The translations under genes and the position numbers were made by a program. DNA of 64,000 nt from an uncultured Nitrospiraceae bacterium (lineage in GTDB: Bacteria; Nitrospirota; UBA9217): positions 495,909 to 559,908 of the forward strand of contig CAYUSP010000001.1 of the NCBI GenBank assembly GCA_964447405.1, in the 5' to 3' direction. Every line of letters begins with the position of its first letter. Position 1 is the first letter of the stretch. Positions 46,003 through 57,045 of the stretch are shown one piece after another. A model generated the notes under the pieces. That model did no database searches. It was not told the DNA's origin and was given only the letters and a program-made list of their open reading frames with translations.

Positions 46003-47250
46003 ATGTTCGTGAGATATTTCATGGCAGCTGTCTGGGCTTTCATCTCGCTGGTGATCCTCGTCGGTCAGGCAACGGCGGATGAGTTCCATTATACGAATTA
46101 TCTCATCGGCGACAGGGCGTCAGGCATGGGAGGTGCTTACACTGCGGTCGCCGATGATGCGTCTGGTCTCTATTACAATCCAGCAGGCATTGTTTATACA
46201 CAGGGGCGCAGCCTGTCGGCCAGTGTGAATGCCTACAACAAAACCACCAAAAAATATGAGCAGGTGATCGGCGGCAATGGCTGGGAAAGAAAATCCTCAT
46301 CGCTGCTCCCGAACTTTTTCGGTGTCATTCAGCCCATCGGGCGGTATAGGATCGGATTGTCCTATGCCGTGCCGGACTCCATTCAGGAAAACCAGGACCA
46401 GACCTTTTACGATCTGCCCTCGAAATTCGTGGGCATCACCGCGACTCAATACATTATCAATTTCAAGAACGAGGACAATACCTACAATTTCGGCCCCTCG
46501 ATTGCCGTGGACATCGATAAGGATTTTGCGGCCGGATTGACGCTTTACTACCATCAGCGTACCCACCAGCAGATCCTGAACCAGCGCATTAACCTGAGCA
46601 ACGGCAAGTACGAATGGACGAACTCCTACTATCTGCTGAATGAACGGGGCGTCAAGCCTGTTGCCGGTGTCATGTGGACGCCCGTGGAAAAAATGACACT
46701 CGGCCTCACACTATCCAAAACATTTCTTACGAATTCAAACGCCACAACGCATGACATTTTCAAGGACAGCAATTTTGATGGCAACACGCTTGTGGTTGAT
46801 GATACTTCCACCAATACAAAAAGAAAATACCCAACGCAAATTCGTGGAGGTTTTGCCTACTTTGTATCGAACGCGCTCTTATTTACTGCTGACGGAGCCT
46901 GGTACAGTAAAGTGAACGGAGAAGGGATTGATCAGCGCGTAAGCGTGTTCAATGGAGCGATGGGCGCTGAGTATTACCCTGACCGGAACTGGGCGTACCG
47001 GGCAGGCCTGTTCTCGGATCTTGCGAATACCCCGAGGATCAATGGAGATCGCTGGGGACAGGCTGAGCAGGTTGATATCTACGGGGCCAGCCTGAGCGCA
47101 ACCCATTTTACCCGAAACACATCCATCACCCTGGGAGGTAATCTGAGTCAGGGCCGCGGTAAGGCGCAACTGCTTGCCGGACAGACTGACCAGCAGCAGG
47201 TCTCTGTTTTATCATGGACGCTCTTTTTGTCGTCGTCCTACTCGTATTAG
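46003..47250 (+). CDS. Outer-membrane beta-barrel, FadL/TodX (OMPP1) family
   Basis: Signal peptide, the N-terminal hatch motif GDRASGMGGAYTAVADDASGLYYNPAG (NPA), and an aromatic-rich C-terminal strand. Confidence 0.65.
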   Translation: MFVRYFMAAVWAFISLVILVGQATADEFHYTNYLIGDRASGMGGAYTAVADDASGLYYNPAGIVYTQGRSLSASVNAYNKTTKKYEQVIGGNGWERKSSSLLPNFFGVIQPIGRYRIGLSYAVPDSIQENQDQTFYDLPSKFVGITATQYIINFKNEDNTYNFGPSIAVDIDKDFAAGLTLYYHQRTHQQILNQRINLSNGKYEWTNSYYLLNERGVKPVAGVMWTPVEKMTLGLTLSKTFLTNSNATTHDIFKDSNFDGNTLVVDDTSTNTKRKYPTQIRGGFAYFVSNALLFTADGAWYSKVNGEGIDQRVSVFNGAMGAEYYPDRNWAYRAGLFSDLANTPRINGDRWGQAEQVDIYGASLSATHFTRNTSITLGGNLSQGRGKAQLLAGQTDQQQVSVLSWTLFLSSSYSY

Positions 47251-47303
47251 AGAAAGTACTTATTTTGCGATACAGGCCATAATGCCAGAAGGAGGAACAG
47301 ATC

Positions 47304-50165
47304 ATGAAAAAACTTAAGGTATTGTTTATCGCGGCCGGACTGCTGCTTCTTTTCGCATTTATTTTGACCGGTTGCAGGGGCAAGAGCTCGGATACATCCG
47401 GGCAGGCGCAGACCACCGGAAGCGACCAGCCGTCATTCAATGTGGCGGGGTCAAAACAATTGGTTGCTCTTTCAAATACTGTCGCACCCGCTACATCAAC
47501 ATCAGGAGCGCGAGGATTCCTCGCTGCGGCTTTCGGAAGTAAAGAACCGTTTCAGTACCGGATCGTGAGCCAGGGCCTGACTGATCAGGAGATACGGTCA
47601 CGAGCCAAAGGCCTGGTTCCTTCGTTTTATCGTGCCGCGGCCACATCGCAGCAATTCGGAACGAACCTTCTGGCCGTGGATGAAAACGGGAATGCGACAC
47701 TGGCGATCAATTCGAACTATCTGGTCAAGGTCATGTACTCAGTGACGGACCCGAAGGGCGAATATGTCTATCTGGCGCTGGATCCTGGGTTCATCAAGCC
47801 TGATGGGAACGATTATACTCAATTTATAGGCCAGAATAATTGCGCCTTCTACCGCATCAAGATTGCGGATAACTCCTTCACCTGTGTGCAGAATGGCGTT
47901 TATGTGCAGCCTATGGATGATGTGTATCTGCAGCGTGTCAGCAGCAGTCAGAAGCCGATACAATTTGACAGCAGAGGTAACGTATATTTTGCGGCAACGA
48001 CCTTCAATCGTACCTGCGATAATTCCGGCGTCTGCACCATGGTTGCTGCTGATTGGAACCCCCGTATTTACCGGCTGACGACATCAACGGGCGCCGTGAT
48101 CGCGTTGACGCAGGACAACCAGAAAATAAGCTATTTTATGACTCTTCAGACCGGTGAGATCGCGTATCAGTCCATTGACGTGAACGGTGATATTGCACTC
48201 TACTTGTGGCAGGCAGGTATCGACCCGGTCATTAACCCGAACGGCAAGACCATCAACCTGACCGGCAGGACCGTCGGCGTGGATTATTTTGCCGTGGATA
48301 CCTATAATACGGTCATGTGGGGCGGATGGACAGAGAATGGCATCCGCTTTGCGCGGCCTTCAGCAAGCGGATTGATAGAAAAGGCCAGTCTTGATACCAA
48401 CATATTCAAGACTCGTACTAATTTTAATAATAACTTTGCAAACTATCCGGCTCTGCGCGTAATCATCGGAGATGATGGAAAACTCTACGGTGTATTCCAA
48501 GACTTCGTAAGAGAACCGGACCCGAACGACCCTAATAAAGATGTCTATTTCAGCAACTTGAAGGTGAATCAGGTGCTGCCCTATCTTTCAATCCCCAAGA
48601 TCCAGGTAAAAATTCAAATCAAGGATATTTTTTCTGAAGTGTATGGGGGCAAAAAGACATGGCAGCAGTGGATGGGATACACACCTTTTCAGGTTTCCCA
48701 GGGGTTCATTTACTATAAGGAACCAGTCGAAAAGATCGGATATGGCAATCATGACGTAATCAAGATGGTCAGCCTTGCGGACCGGCGCACTATACCGCTG
48801 TTGGTGAATAATTCCTATGAGGTCTACACCTGGCGGTTGAGGGGCGACAAACTCTACTTCTCTGCCCTCGACCTGGATCAGACAACCGTGATCGCCGGAG
48901 AAATAAACACGACCATTGTAAAAAGCAATCCCCTGGCGGACCCGCTCTCCACGTTCATGACGGTTAAGAGGATTGCGTCCGCGCTTGGGGCAACCAGCAG
49001 AGTCCAGGATATTGAGGCATTGTCCGCTCTGCCGACGCTGGATGTTTCCGCAGCTCCGGTGGTGAAAGAGATCGCGGTCAGTCCGGAAAATCTCTACTCG
49101 GCAAGCATCGAGTTCAACAAGCTCATGAACCCGACGTCGGTCGAGAACAATATGACCTTTACTGATGCAGCCGCTACATCAATATCGACCATGAAGGTAT
49201 GGATCAATAATTATCTCCATTTGATCCCTGATCTGGATGTGAATAACGCCACGACGCCACCGACAGCGAATGATGCTTTGCTCGACCTGACCCATACGAC
49301 ACCGTTATCATTTGGGACAACCTATTCCATTGCCTTCGGCGCCGCTTCCGCTGATCTGTCCGGAACGACTCTCGGTGCAGTAGCAGCGAAGTCATACACA
49401 ACTCGTCCGGAAAACGGATGGTTCGTTTCCTCGGACAAAGTGGGGAAATTCTATGGCAGCAAGAAAGAATCGGACGGAACCATGCCCCAGGAAAGCTATC
49501 AGCTCTCAACAGGAGGGACCGGCACTGCGCCGATTGCCACTCTGTCCACTGATTTCCGTTTTCAGTTCAGGGTAAAAAACCAGACCTGGGGAGGCCTGGG
49601 AATTTCGTATTATGACAAAACTTCTGTAGCCAAACCATTCGTGGAAGTTGCCTTACGGGATTACATGGAAATATCGTACGATGCTGTGCAAACATCGGGA
49701 ACCACGACCTGGAATGCCGCGCACGCCTGGGCAAGAACCGCGGATTACAATTCACAGCTCTGGAACGGTGAATGGATGTATTACCGCATAGATGTATATG
49801 GTTCGAACTGCGTGATCTCCTACTCAGCTACAGAGGGTGGAACGTATACGGTTATCCCCGTGGAATATTACGATTACACGCTAGGTGCCTATGCGACCAA
49901 GGACAACGTACGGAATGTAATGTCGAGAACGGCAGGGCATGATTTCCGGCTCATCTTGACAGGAAGCGAGGCAGTTGATCTGGATGATATGAAGCTTTGG
50001 AACCTGAGTGCGTCGGGCATCTTGGGCACGTTGATCTGGTCTGAAGATTTTACATCCGGAACCTTGCCCGCCTACTTAAAATACGAAAATAGGGTCAGTA
50101 CTACTGACAGTAATACACCGGTTTCCGTTAATAACCCCTATTATGATTTTTATCCATACCTGTAG
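47304..50165 (+). CDS. Large (953 aa) predicted surface lipoprotein, function unknown
   Basis: The lipobox is LTGCRG. It is beta-rich with no recognisable catalytic motif and sits between the FadL-like paralogs. Confidence 0.6.
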   Translation: MKKLKVLFIAAGLLLLFAFILTGCRGKSSDTSGQAQTTGSDQPSFNVAGSKQLVALSNTVAPATSTSGARGFLAAAFGSKEPFQYRIVSQGLTDQEIRSRAKGLVPSFYRAAATSQQFGTNLLAVDENGNATLAINSNYLVKVMYSVTDPKGEYVYLALDPGFIKPDGNDYTQFIGQNNCAFYRIKIADNSFTCVQNGVYVQPMDDVYLQRVSSSQKPIQFDSRGNVYFAATTFNRTCDNSGVCTMVAADWNPRIYRLTTSTGAVIALTQDNQKISYFMTLQTGEIAYQSIDVNGDIALYLWQAGIDPVINPNGKTINLTGRTVGVDYFAVDTYNTVMWGGWTENGIRFARPSASGLIEKASLDTNIFKTRTNFNNNFANYPALRVIIGDDGKLYGVFQDFVREPDPNDPNKDVYFSNLKVNQVLPYLSIPKIQVKIQIKDIFSEVYGGKKTWQQWMGYTPFQVSQGFIYYKEPVEKIGYGNHDVIKMVSLADRRTIPLLVNNSYEVYTWRLRGDKLYFSALDLDQTTVIAGEINTTIVKSNPLADPLSTFMTVKRIASALGATSRVQDIEALSALPTLDVSAAPVVKEIAVSPENLYSASIEFNKLMNPTSVENNMTFTDAAATSISTMKVWINNYLHLIPDLDVNNATTPPTANDALLDLTHTTPLSFGTTYSIAFGAASADLSGTTLGAVAAKSYTTRPENGWFVSSDKVGKFYGSKKESDGTMPQESYQLSTGGTGTAPIATLSTDFRFQFRVKNQTWGGLGISYYDKTSVAKPFVEVALRDYMEISYDAVQTSGTTTWNAAHAWARTADYNSQLWNGEWMYYRIDVYGSNCVISYSATEGGTYTVIPVEYYDYTLGAYATKDNVRNVMSRTAGHDFRLILTGSEAVDLDDMKLWNLSASGILGTLIWSEDFTSGTLPAYLKYENRVSTTDSNTPVSVNNPYYDFYPYL

Positions 50166-50193
50166 ATTGTAAATTATCTGCGAAGATCCGATA

Positions 50194-50221
50194 ACGGCGG
50201 CCTTTATGGCCGCCGTTTTAT
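50194..50221 (+). terminator. Rho-independent terminator
   Basis: aacggcggcc-ttta-tggccgccgtt followed by tta tt. Confidence 0.7.
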
Positions 50222-50311
50222 TGATTAGCCGTTTTTGACCTTGCATTTTAGTGGATTTTAGACTATCTTTTAAACCTTAAAAGATGCTTTTTTCTCGAAG
50301 AGGGGGCAATA

Positions 50312-51592
50312 ATGTACAATAAAATCTTCGGATCCATTCTCTTTATATGCGTGAGCGTGTTCATCGCGGGACCGGCAACCGCCGATGATTACCACTATAC
50401 CAATCTTCTCATTGGCGACCGGGCATCGGGAATGGGTGGAGCGTACACCGCGTTGTCCGATGACGCGACGGGCCTCTATTATAATCCTGCGGGCATAGCC
50501 TACACAGCGGGACGCAGTATTTCCGCGAGCGTCAATGCCTACTATAATATCGAGAAAAAATACAAGAGCGTGATCGCCGGGAACGGATGGGTACGGACGT
50601 CCTCCTCGCTTCTGCCGAACTACTTCGGCGTGGCGCAGCCGGTGGGAAAGTTCAAGGTCGGCATTTCCTACGCGGTGCCTGAATCTCTTATGGCCGACCA
50701 GGACCAGGTTTTCACAGATCTGCCGCTGAGTTCGTCCATTCAGACCTATAATCCGGGCGCTCGCATATCAAGCTATCTCATCAATTTCAACGAGGAGAGC
50801 AATACTTACAACTTCGGTCCTTCGATTGCCACGGAGATATCGGACAAACTGTCCGCCGGGCTTACCCTTTACTATTACCAGAGAAAGAACCAGTGGATAT
50901 TGAACCAGCTCATAAAAACGACCACTGCGGGCTACGAATGGACAAATGACTATTATCAAGCGGAAGAGTGGGGGCTGCGGCCGATCCTTGGATTCATGGC
51001 GTCGCCGGTGAATGGTATCTCTATTGGACTGGCGATTTCCAAGGTCCTTATCCAGGGTTCAGAAACGAAGTTTCAGCATTCCTATCGTCGCGAAAATATC
51101 GCCATAGACAATAATCCGAGCAATAGCAATGTCGTGGACCTGCCAGACGGGTTTCTCAGTCTCAGCGAGAAACGTAAATATCCGACCCAGGTCAGCCTTG
51201 GCATTGCCTGGTTCGCTTCGCAGAGCCTGCTGGTCACCGGAGACCTCAATCATTTTACCGCGGTAAGCAGCCAGAACGCCGAAGCGGTGAATAATATTGC
51301 CATTGGCACAGAATATTATCTGGATAGAAACTGGGCTTTGCGGGGTGGATTTTTTACGGATTATGCCAACACGCCAAAGCTTAAATCTGGCACCACGAAC
51401 CAGAATGAACATATAGATCTCTACGGCCTGACTACATCCATCAGCCATTTTACCCGGAACACCTCCGTGACCCTGGGCGGTGGATATACGACGGGTAATG
51501 GCAAAGCGCAGATCATCGGCGGAAGTTTTAATATGCAGGATGCGTCATCCGAAGGATGGATGTTCTTCCTCTCTTCGTCATATTCGTATTGA
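50312..51592 (+). CDS. Outer-membrane beta-barrel, FadL/TodX family (paralog of the 46003 gene)
   Basis: It shows a near-identical N-terminal hatch (GDRASGMGGAYTALSDDATGLYYNPAG) and the same C-terminal SSSYSY. Confidence 0.65.
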   Translation: MYNKIFGSILFICVSVFIAGPATADDYHYTNLLIGDRASGMGGAYTALSDDATGLYYNPAGIAYTAGRSISASVNAYYNIEKKYKSVIAGNGWVRTSSSLLPNYFGVAQPVGKFKVGISYAVPESLMADQDQVFTDLPLSSSIQTYNPGARISSYLINFNEESNTYNFGPSIATEISDKLSAGLTLYYYQRKNQWILNQLIKTTTAGYEWTNDYYQAEEWGLRPILGFMASPVNGISIGLAISKVLIQGSETKFQHSYRRENIAIDNNPSNSNVVDLPDGFLSLSEKRKYPTQVSLGIAWFASQSLLVTGDLNHFTAVSSQNAEAVNNIAIGTEYYLDRNWALRGGFFTDYANTPKLKSGTTNQNEHIDLYGLTTSISHFTRNTSVTLGGGYTTGNGKAQIIGGSFNMQDASSEGWMFFLSSSYSY

Positions 51593-51703
51593 ACCCCAGA
51601 AATAGCCCTTCGAAATCCTTTACTAATAGTATGAAACCGGGTAATATGCACCTGCTTTTATTGCCGCCGATTCCGTAAACTCATCGCTATAAGAGGAGTT
51701 TTC

Positions 51704-54100
51704 ATGAGGATGTTACTCACTCGACTTGCTTCGCTTCTCCTGCTCCTTCTGTGCAACACTTCTCCGGTCCTCGCCGCCCCCCACATTAACAGAACCATCC
51801 CCGAGCCGATTGAACTTCCCGGGAGAACACTGGAAGAGCGTGCTGCCCAGAGTATTCAACCGAGCATGATGCTTGCCGCTCCCGTGTCCTACACATCACC
51901 CACGACGGTGAATGTGCTTTTTTTGCGCGTGGAATTCCAGCCGGAACCGAATCCATCCGGTGCACGGGTTACAGGCAACGGACTCTGGAATTCCTATTTG
52001 CCGCCTGCTGTTACAGGCAGTAGTAATCCAGACCACTGGGTAACCAACGCGAAAATGAAATTCACGGACTATTGGAAAGAGGTTTCCTACGGACTGCTTA
52101 CGGTTGTTGTCGATCTTTCGACAAGAGTATACCAGCTTCCGCAGACAATGGCATACTACGCAGGCGGCACCGCAATTTCCATTGAAAATATCATCTACGA
52201 CAGTATCACTACTGTCAATACGGACGCAACGACAACAATCAATTTCGCGCAGTACGATGGCGTATTCATCGTGCACGCGGGGGTGGGGCAGGAGACCGAT
52301 ACCACGGGCGTGGCGCCGAACGACCTGTGGTCCCTGTATTATTCGGGTGGTAGCAGCATCTGCAGGAACGCAGCAGGATCAACCTGCCTATCGACAAAAC
52401 TCAAGGACGGCCGGCCTTTGAGTGAAGCCATTATTATGCCGCAAACCGACTCACGGACGGGGCTGGTGGTTGATCCGCTCGGTGTGTACGTGCATGAATT
52501 CGGCCACTGGCTGGGTCTGCCTGATCTGTATTGCGTCAGCACGTCCTCTCCCTGCACCACAGAAGGCGTCGGCATGTGGAGCCTGATGGATTACGGCAGC
52601 TACAATGCGAGTGCATCAACCATACGCGGCAGCTCACCGGCACATTTGGACGCCTGGAGTTTGCTGAAACTCGGCTGGGTGTCACCAGATGTGCTTAATC
52701 CTGCACAGCCCGATCGCGGTGCAATGAGTCTGTTTCCTGTCGCGATTGTACCGGCTCCGGTAAGCGGAGCTGCGGGTACGAACGTACTCAAGGCGCAGGC
52801 GTCAACCACAAACGCAAATCAGTATTTCCTGATTGAGAACCGGCGGAAAATCGGATTTGACGAAGGACTTCCCGGTGAAGGATTGCTCGTCTGGCTTATA
52901 AACCAGGACGTGATCAATGCGGCGCTTGCCACCAATACCGTAAATAGCAGAGCTTCAGCACCTGGAGTTAAACTCATCGAAGCTGATGGAGACTGGGCGC
53001 TGCAAAACGCGGCTTTGCATGACTTTGGCAGCGCGGGCGATCCTTTTCCCGGTTCCAGGGGAAACACCACGCTTTCACCCATGACCAGCCCGTCCAGCAT
53101 CCCGTATACCGCCTTTGGTTGGCTGAATATCAGGAGCATCGTGGACGGATCGTCGGCAATCTCGTTCAAGATCGGTTTCGGCCCACGTGCGCCCGTCAAC
53201 CTCAGATTGGATAGGGCAGCGAAGCAATTAAGTTGGGATGCAAATACCGAAATTGATATCAATCATTATCTAATTTATAAGAATAATACATCCACACCTC
53301 TTGTTTCTGTTCCGACGACCAGCGCCGCGAACTATGTGGACAGTACGTTTACCTCAACAGATGTCTACATGGTCACCGCTGTAGATACGAACGGCAATGA
53401 GTCCCAGGCAGCTGTAATAGCGCCGGTCATCCTGGTCAGTCCGCTAACCTTGACCTTCAGCGACTCGGTGACCAGCAATACTGTAAACGTACTTAATAAT
53501 GGAAACGCGGACCTTGTTTTCTCAGCCATGTCCTTGAACGGTTCAAATTCAGCGGAATTCAGCTACACGAGTGCATGCCCATCCACACTAACCATCGCAG
53601 CATCATGTCAGATTACCATATCATTTGCCCCAAGATCGACAGGATCAAAATCCGCTTCCTTTACCATTTCCTCCAATGATCCGCAATCACAAGCAGTTTC
53701 AGTTCAACTGAGCGGAAACTTGACGCAAGCCAGCCAGCCCGCGTCCAATGGGGGAGGCAGTTCATCCAGATCGCCCTGTTTTATCGCAACGGCCGCTTAT
53801 GGATCGTATCTTGACCCCCATGTTGAGGTCCTGAGGCAATTCCGCGACGGTTATCTTATGACGAATATGCCTGGAAGAGCATTTGTGAAATGGTATTATC
53901 ACTATTCACCGCCAATTGCTGACTATATAGGCAGTCATGAAGTGCTCAGAACAGCGGTCAGGTGGTCGCTTGCGCCTCTGATCTTGGGGATTGAATATCC
54001 CTGGCTAATAATGCTGGTGATGATTCTTGGGAGCGGAATGCTATTGTATCGGAAACGCATCTCAAACATGAGGTTATCGCGTTCTTGCCATGGAAAATAG
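51704..54100 (+). CDS. M6 (immune inhibitor A-like) family metalloprotease with FN3/Ig-like domains and a conserved C-terminal anchoring module
   Basis: [16 protein letters not shown] (HExxH…PDxY, the M6 signature). The C-terminal module [10 protein letters not shown]…LRQFRD…[12 protein letters not shown] + TM + RKR spans 53777-54100. Confidence 0.75.
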   Translation: MRMLLTRLASLLLLLLCNTSPVLAAPHINRTIPEPIELPGRTLEERAAQSIQPSMMLAAPVSYTSPTTVNVLFLRVEFQPEPNPSGARVTGNGLWNSYLPPAVTGSSNPDHWVTNAKMKFTDYWKEVSYGLLTVVVDLSTRVYQLPQTMAYYAGGTAISIENIIYDSITTVNTDATTTINFAQYDGVFIVHAGVGQETDTTGVAPNDLWSLYYSGGSSICRNAAGSTCLSTKLKDGRPLSEAIIMPQTDSRTGLVVDPLGVYVHEFGHWLGLPDLYCVSTSSPCTTEGVGMWSLMDYGSYNASASTIRGSSPAHLDAWSLLKLGWVSPDVLNPAQPDRGAMSLFPVAIVPAPVSGAAGTNVLKAQASTTNANQYFLIENRRKIGFDEGLPGEGLLVWLINQDVINAALATNTVNSRASAPGVKLIEADGDWALQNAALHDFGSAGDPFPGSRGNTTLSPMTSPSSIPYTAFGWLNIRSIVDGSSAISFKIGFGPRAPVNLRLDRAAKQLSWDANTEIDINHYLIYKNNTSTPLVSVPTTSAANYVDSTFTSTDVYMVTAVDTNGNESQAAVIAPVILVSPLTLTFSDSVTSNTVNVLNNGNADLVFSAMSLNGSNSAEFSYTSACPSTLTIAASCQITISFAPRSTGSKSASFTISSNDPQSQAVSVQLSGNLTQASQPASNGGGSSSRSPCFIATAAYGSYLDPHVEVLRQFRDGYLMTNMPGRAFVKWYYHYSPPIADYIGSHEVLRTAVRWSLAPLILGIEYPWLIMLVMILGSGMLLYRKRISNMRLSRSCHGK

Positions 54101-54150
54101 AGCAAGTAATCAAAAAATAGTCCGACCTGTTAATTCCAGTGAATAGTACC

Positions 54151-54179
54151 TTGACTTTGTTATGATGTAGAGATAAAAT
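54151..54179 (+). promoter_or_regulatory. Near-consensus sigma70 promoter TTGACT-17-TAAAAT
   Basis: Read directly, in the AT-rich gap upstream of the lipoprotein gene. Confidence 0.5.
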
Positions 54180-54379
54180 TGATTACACTTTATAACAAAA
54201 GCTGGTGAATATATTCCTAAGGACAGGCTGGTTCCCTGCACTATTTACCAATCCGTATTAACGTTATGGCATCTGTTAATTGTCCGATTATGTAACATAT
54301 TTTAAAAGAACAGGAGGTGATGGCTGTATCTTTTTGCAACACCCGCAGTCAAATTATCACATATCTTACAGGAGGATAC

Positions 54380-56299
54380 ATGAAAACTTTCGGAAAAATA
54401 GCTTTAGTAGCAATATTGATCGTCACTTTTGCCATGTTGTTTTCGGCATGCAGCAGCAAGAGCAGTGATAGCACCACCTCTGGTACCAGCGGCGGAACCG
54501 TAAGCGCCATTACCACCTCAACACAGGGCAGGCAGGCTGCTGCATCCTCCACGCAAAGCGCCAGCATGTCGCAGGGATCCGGCCAGACCTTCCGCAATCT
54601 CGGCAACGTTGGTTTGACAGCCACCGGAAACGATGTGCCGCACTTCAGGACTTCCAATACTTTTAAATCCAAAGGCGCTTTGGCAAAAGTTGAGAAAGTA
54701 TCAGCTAAATTCGCCAAATCCAACGCTGCTATGGCAGCTGCTCAGTCAATGAGAAAAGCGGTCAACGCGGCTAAGGCCTCTATTTCAAGCGCGCCCAGTT
54801 CAACCAGCGGCACGATAAACTGTGCTGATGGTGGAAGCGTCGCCTATACTGGTACTATTGACTTGACCGCAGGTACCTTTGGCTTGGATCTCACATTTAG
54901 CAGCTGCCGCGAAGACGATTCGCAGACGGGCGGTTTATACAAATTGTCCGCAACAGAAACATCGACAAGCCTCACAATGAATATCACGCTCGGTACGACT
55001 GCAACGCCATTCACCATACTCGACTACAGCGCCGGCTATTCAGCGTTGATTGCGAATACCGCCATGAGTGCTTTCAGCCTGACCGAAACGTTAACCGTTT
55101 CCGCTACCAGCATATCACTTGACATGAAGGCAGACGGCACCATGTCATATCATGATTATTTCACGGGCGAAGACTACTCGCTTCAGTTCACGAACAATTA
55201 TGATCAACTTGTGTCGATCGCGACAGCTGGTTCCGCAACAAATCCCAGCAGCGTTACCCTCGCCTTTACCACGAACGGTGATTTCAAGGAAGTATGGAGC
55301 GCTCCAACCAGCACGACATCCGCTGCAGCAGCCAGGGCGGTTGCCAGCGGCCCATCAGTGACCCATTCTGTATCTGCTTCGTTCACTGCCTTGAAACTTG
55401 ATCTCACCATCGGTGGTTTGACAAGCACAGTAACTTCAACAGTCCCCTATGAAGAAGTAACCCTGAACGGCCAGTTCTCAATAACGTTCTCACCGGAGAC
55501 CTGCATGAGCGGATCGTTCAAGTTTGTGACGAATACACCTATAAGAGCTGGACTTGCTACAGGCAACACCTATCAGGGCAAGATCACGATCAACGACGCG
55601 ACCGTTATTACATATAATGCCGACGGTACAGTTACGGTAACTACCGCTGCTGTAGATACAAAGTTTAACAGCAAGGCAGAGATGGTTCCTGATGAATGCG
55701 AGATAGCGGAGATGGGGGGTGACACAGCGCCATCATCAACAGCAGTTTCCAGCAACGGCACCTATACCGCTACAGGCAATGTGACCATTACCCTGACCTG
55801 GAATAAGGTCAATGATATGGACCTCCATTTGGCGCACTGGGTAACGAAGCCGACAAGTAATGCAAGCCTGCCGAGTATATCTTCATCCGGAGTCACGACC
55901 AACAGCGATTGGCACCTCTATTTCGGCACTGGCCCCGGTGGAGCATGTTCAAACAGCAATTACATAGGTACATCAACAAGTATGATCGCAGAGCTTGATA
56001 TAGACAAGTGTTCCTCGGTAGGGTATGGTCCGGAGCATATCACTATGACTACCATGCAGACCGGTTACTATATCGTATTTGTTGACGCATACACTGCAAG
56101 CGAAGCAACGGTAAACGATCTGTCTATTCAGGTTGGTGATAAAGTATTCACCTATCCGGCGCATACGTTCCAGTCAGATCTTGATGCCAACTGGATCGCA
56201 GCAGCATTCAGCGTAAGCGCTAGCGGTGTTGTAACATTAGAAACACCCATGACGAATAGCATCAATTACACTGGTGCGATGAGAGCACCTAAATTCTAG
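54380..56299 (+). CDS. Ser/Thr/Ala-rich predicted surface lipoprotein (about 640 aa), function unknown
   Basis: GGAGGA Shine-Dalgarno sequence. The lipobox is LFSACSS. It is low-complexity and T/S-rich throughout. An upstream in-frame ATG at 54320 also has a Shine-Dalgarno sequence. Confidence 0.6.
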   Translation: MKTFGKIALVAILIVTFAMLFSACSSKSSDSTTSGTSGGTVSAITTSTQGRQAAASSTQSASMSQGSGQTFRNLGNVGLTATGNDVPHFRTSNTFKSKGALAKVEKVSAKFAKSNAAMAAAQSMRKAVNAAKASISSAPSSTSGTINCADGGSVAYTGTIDLTAGTFGLDLTFSSCREDDSQTGGLYKLSATETSTSLTMNITLGTTATPFTILDYSAGYSALIANTAMSAFSLTETLTVSATSISLDMKADGTMSYHDYFTGEDYSLQFTNNYDQLVSIATAGSATNPSSVTLAFTTNGDFKEVWSAPTSTTSAAAARAVASGPSVTHSVSASFTALKLDLTIGGLTSTVTSTVPYEEVTLNGQFSITFSPETCMSGSFKFVTNTPIRAGLATGNTYQGKITINDATVITYNADGTVTVTTAAVDTKFNSKAEMVPDECEIAEMGGDTAPSSTAVSSNGTYTATGNVTITLTWNKVNDMDLHLAHWVTKPTSNASLPSISSSGVTTNSDWHLYFGTGPGGACSNSNYIGTSTSMIAELDIDKCSSVGYGPEHITMTTMQTGYYIVFVDAYTASEATVNDLSIQVGDKVFTYPAHTFQSDLDANWIAAAFSVSASGVVTLETPMTNSINYTGAMRAPKF

Positions 56300-56316
56300 C
56301 CGTAATTCGGACTCAG

Positions 56317-56346
56317 GCGGGGCCTACGTGCCCCGCCTTTTTTTTG
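56317..56346 (+). terminator. Rho-independent terminator
   Basis: ggcggggc-ctacgt-gccccgcc followed by tttttttt. Confidence 0.8.
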
Positions 56347-57024
56347 ACCATGAATAAACTATTTATTGCGTTAATAAGCGTACTTGTTCTTATCCCTCAT
56401 ACTCATGCATCAGGCATGGAATCCCATGACCTAAGCCTTATCTATTTTTATTCAACCACCTGTCCGCATTGTAAAGCTGTAGAACCTACGGTAATAGCTT
56501 TGAGTAAGGAAATGAGTATTCAGGGTGTGGTTTTCGGCAAGGGCGTACCAGCACCCATGCCATTTACAGTGCAGAAAGGTGATAAATCGGCTTTACGCAA
56601 GTATAGCCTGGAAGGTGTTCCAGCGCTGGTAGTTCTTCAAAAAGAAACAGTCAGGCATATCTTTCGCGGCGAACATAATATACGCGCCTCACGGCTATTC
56701 CTGCGTGGTTTAGCAAAAGGGGCTTTAACCGTGACAGAAGCGGTTAGCCGCGGGCAACAAAAGGATGTAATCCTGACTGGATGGATAGAGGGCGTTGGAG
56801 AGTATTTCAAAGACAAACAGTTCATATTTACAGACCGTAAAAAGAGCATTATGATAAGACCGTGGCTGCCCCTTGAAGCGGTGCGATCGCCTGTAGGAAA
56901 TAAGCGGCCGAGGCTCATGTCAGATGTAATGGATAAGGCAGTTGCACTGCGCGGTGAGTTGCAAATGAATGATGGGACTTTCTATTTTACAGTAAAAGAA
57001 GAACTAAACCTCGAATCGCAATAA
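56344..57024 (+). CDS. Periplasmic thioredoxin-fold protein (CPHC active site) with an extra C-terminal domain
   Basis: Signal peptide; YFYSTTCPHCKAVEP; about 110 aa of uncharacterised C-terminal sequence. Confidence 0.65.
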   Translation: MTMNKLFIALISVLVLIPHTHASGMESHDLSLIYFYSTTCPHCKAVEPTVIALSKEMSIQGVVFGKGVPAPMPFTVQKGDKSALRKYSLEGVPALVVLQKETVRHIFRGEHNIRASRLFLRGLAKGALTVTEAVSRGQQKDVILTGWIEGVGEYFKDKQFIFTDRKKSIMIRPWLPLEAVRSPVGNKRPRLMSDVMDKAVALRGELQMNDGTFYFTVKEELNLESQ

Positions 57025-57045
57025 CGTTTCCGAGATAAACCTATT

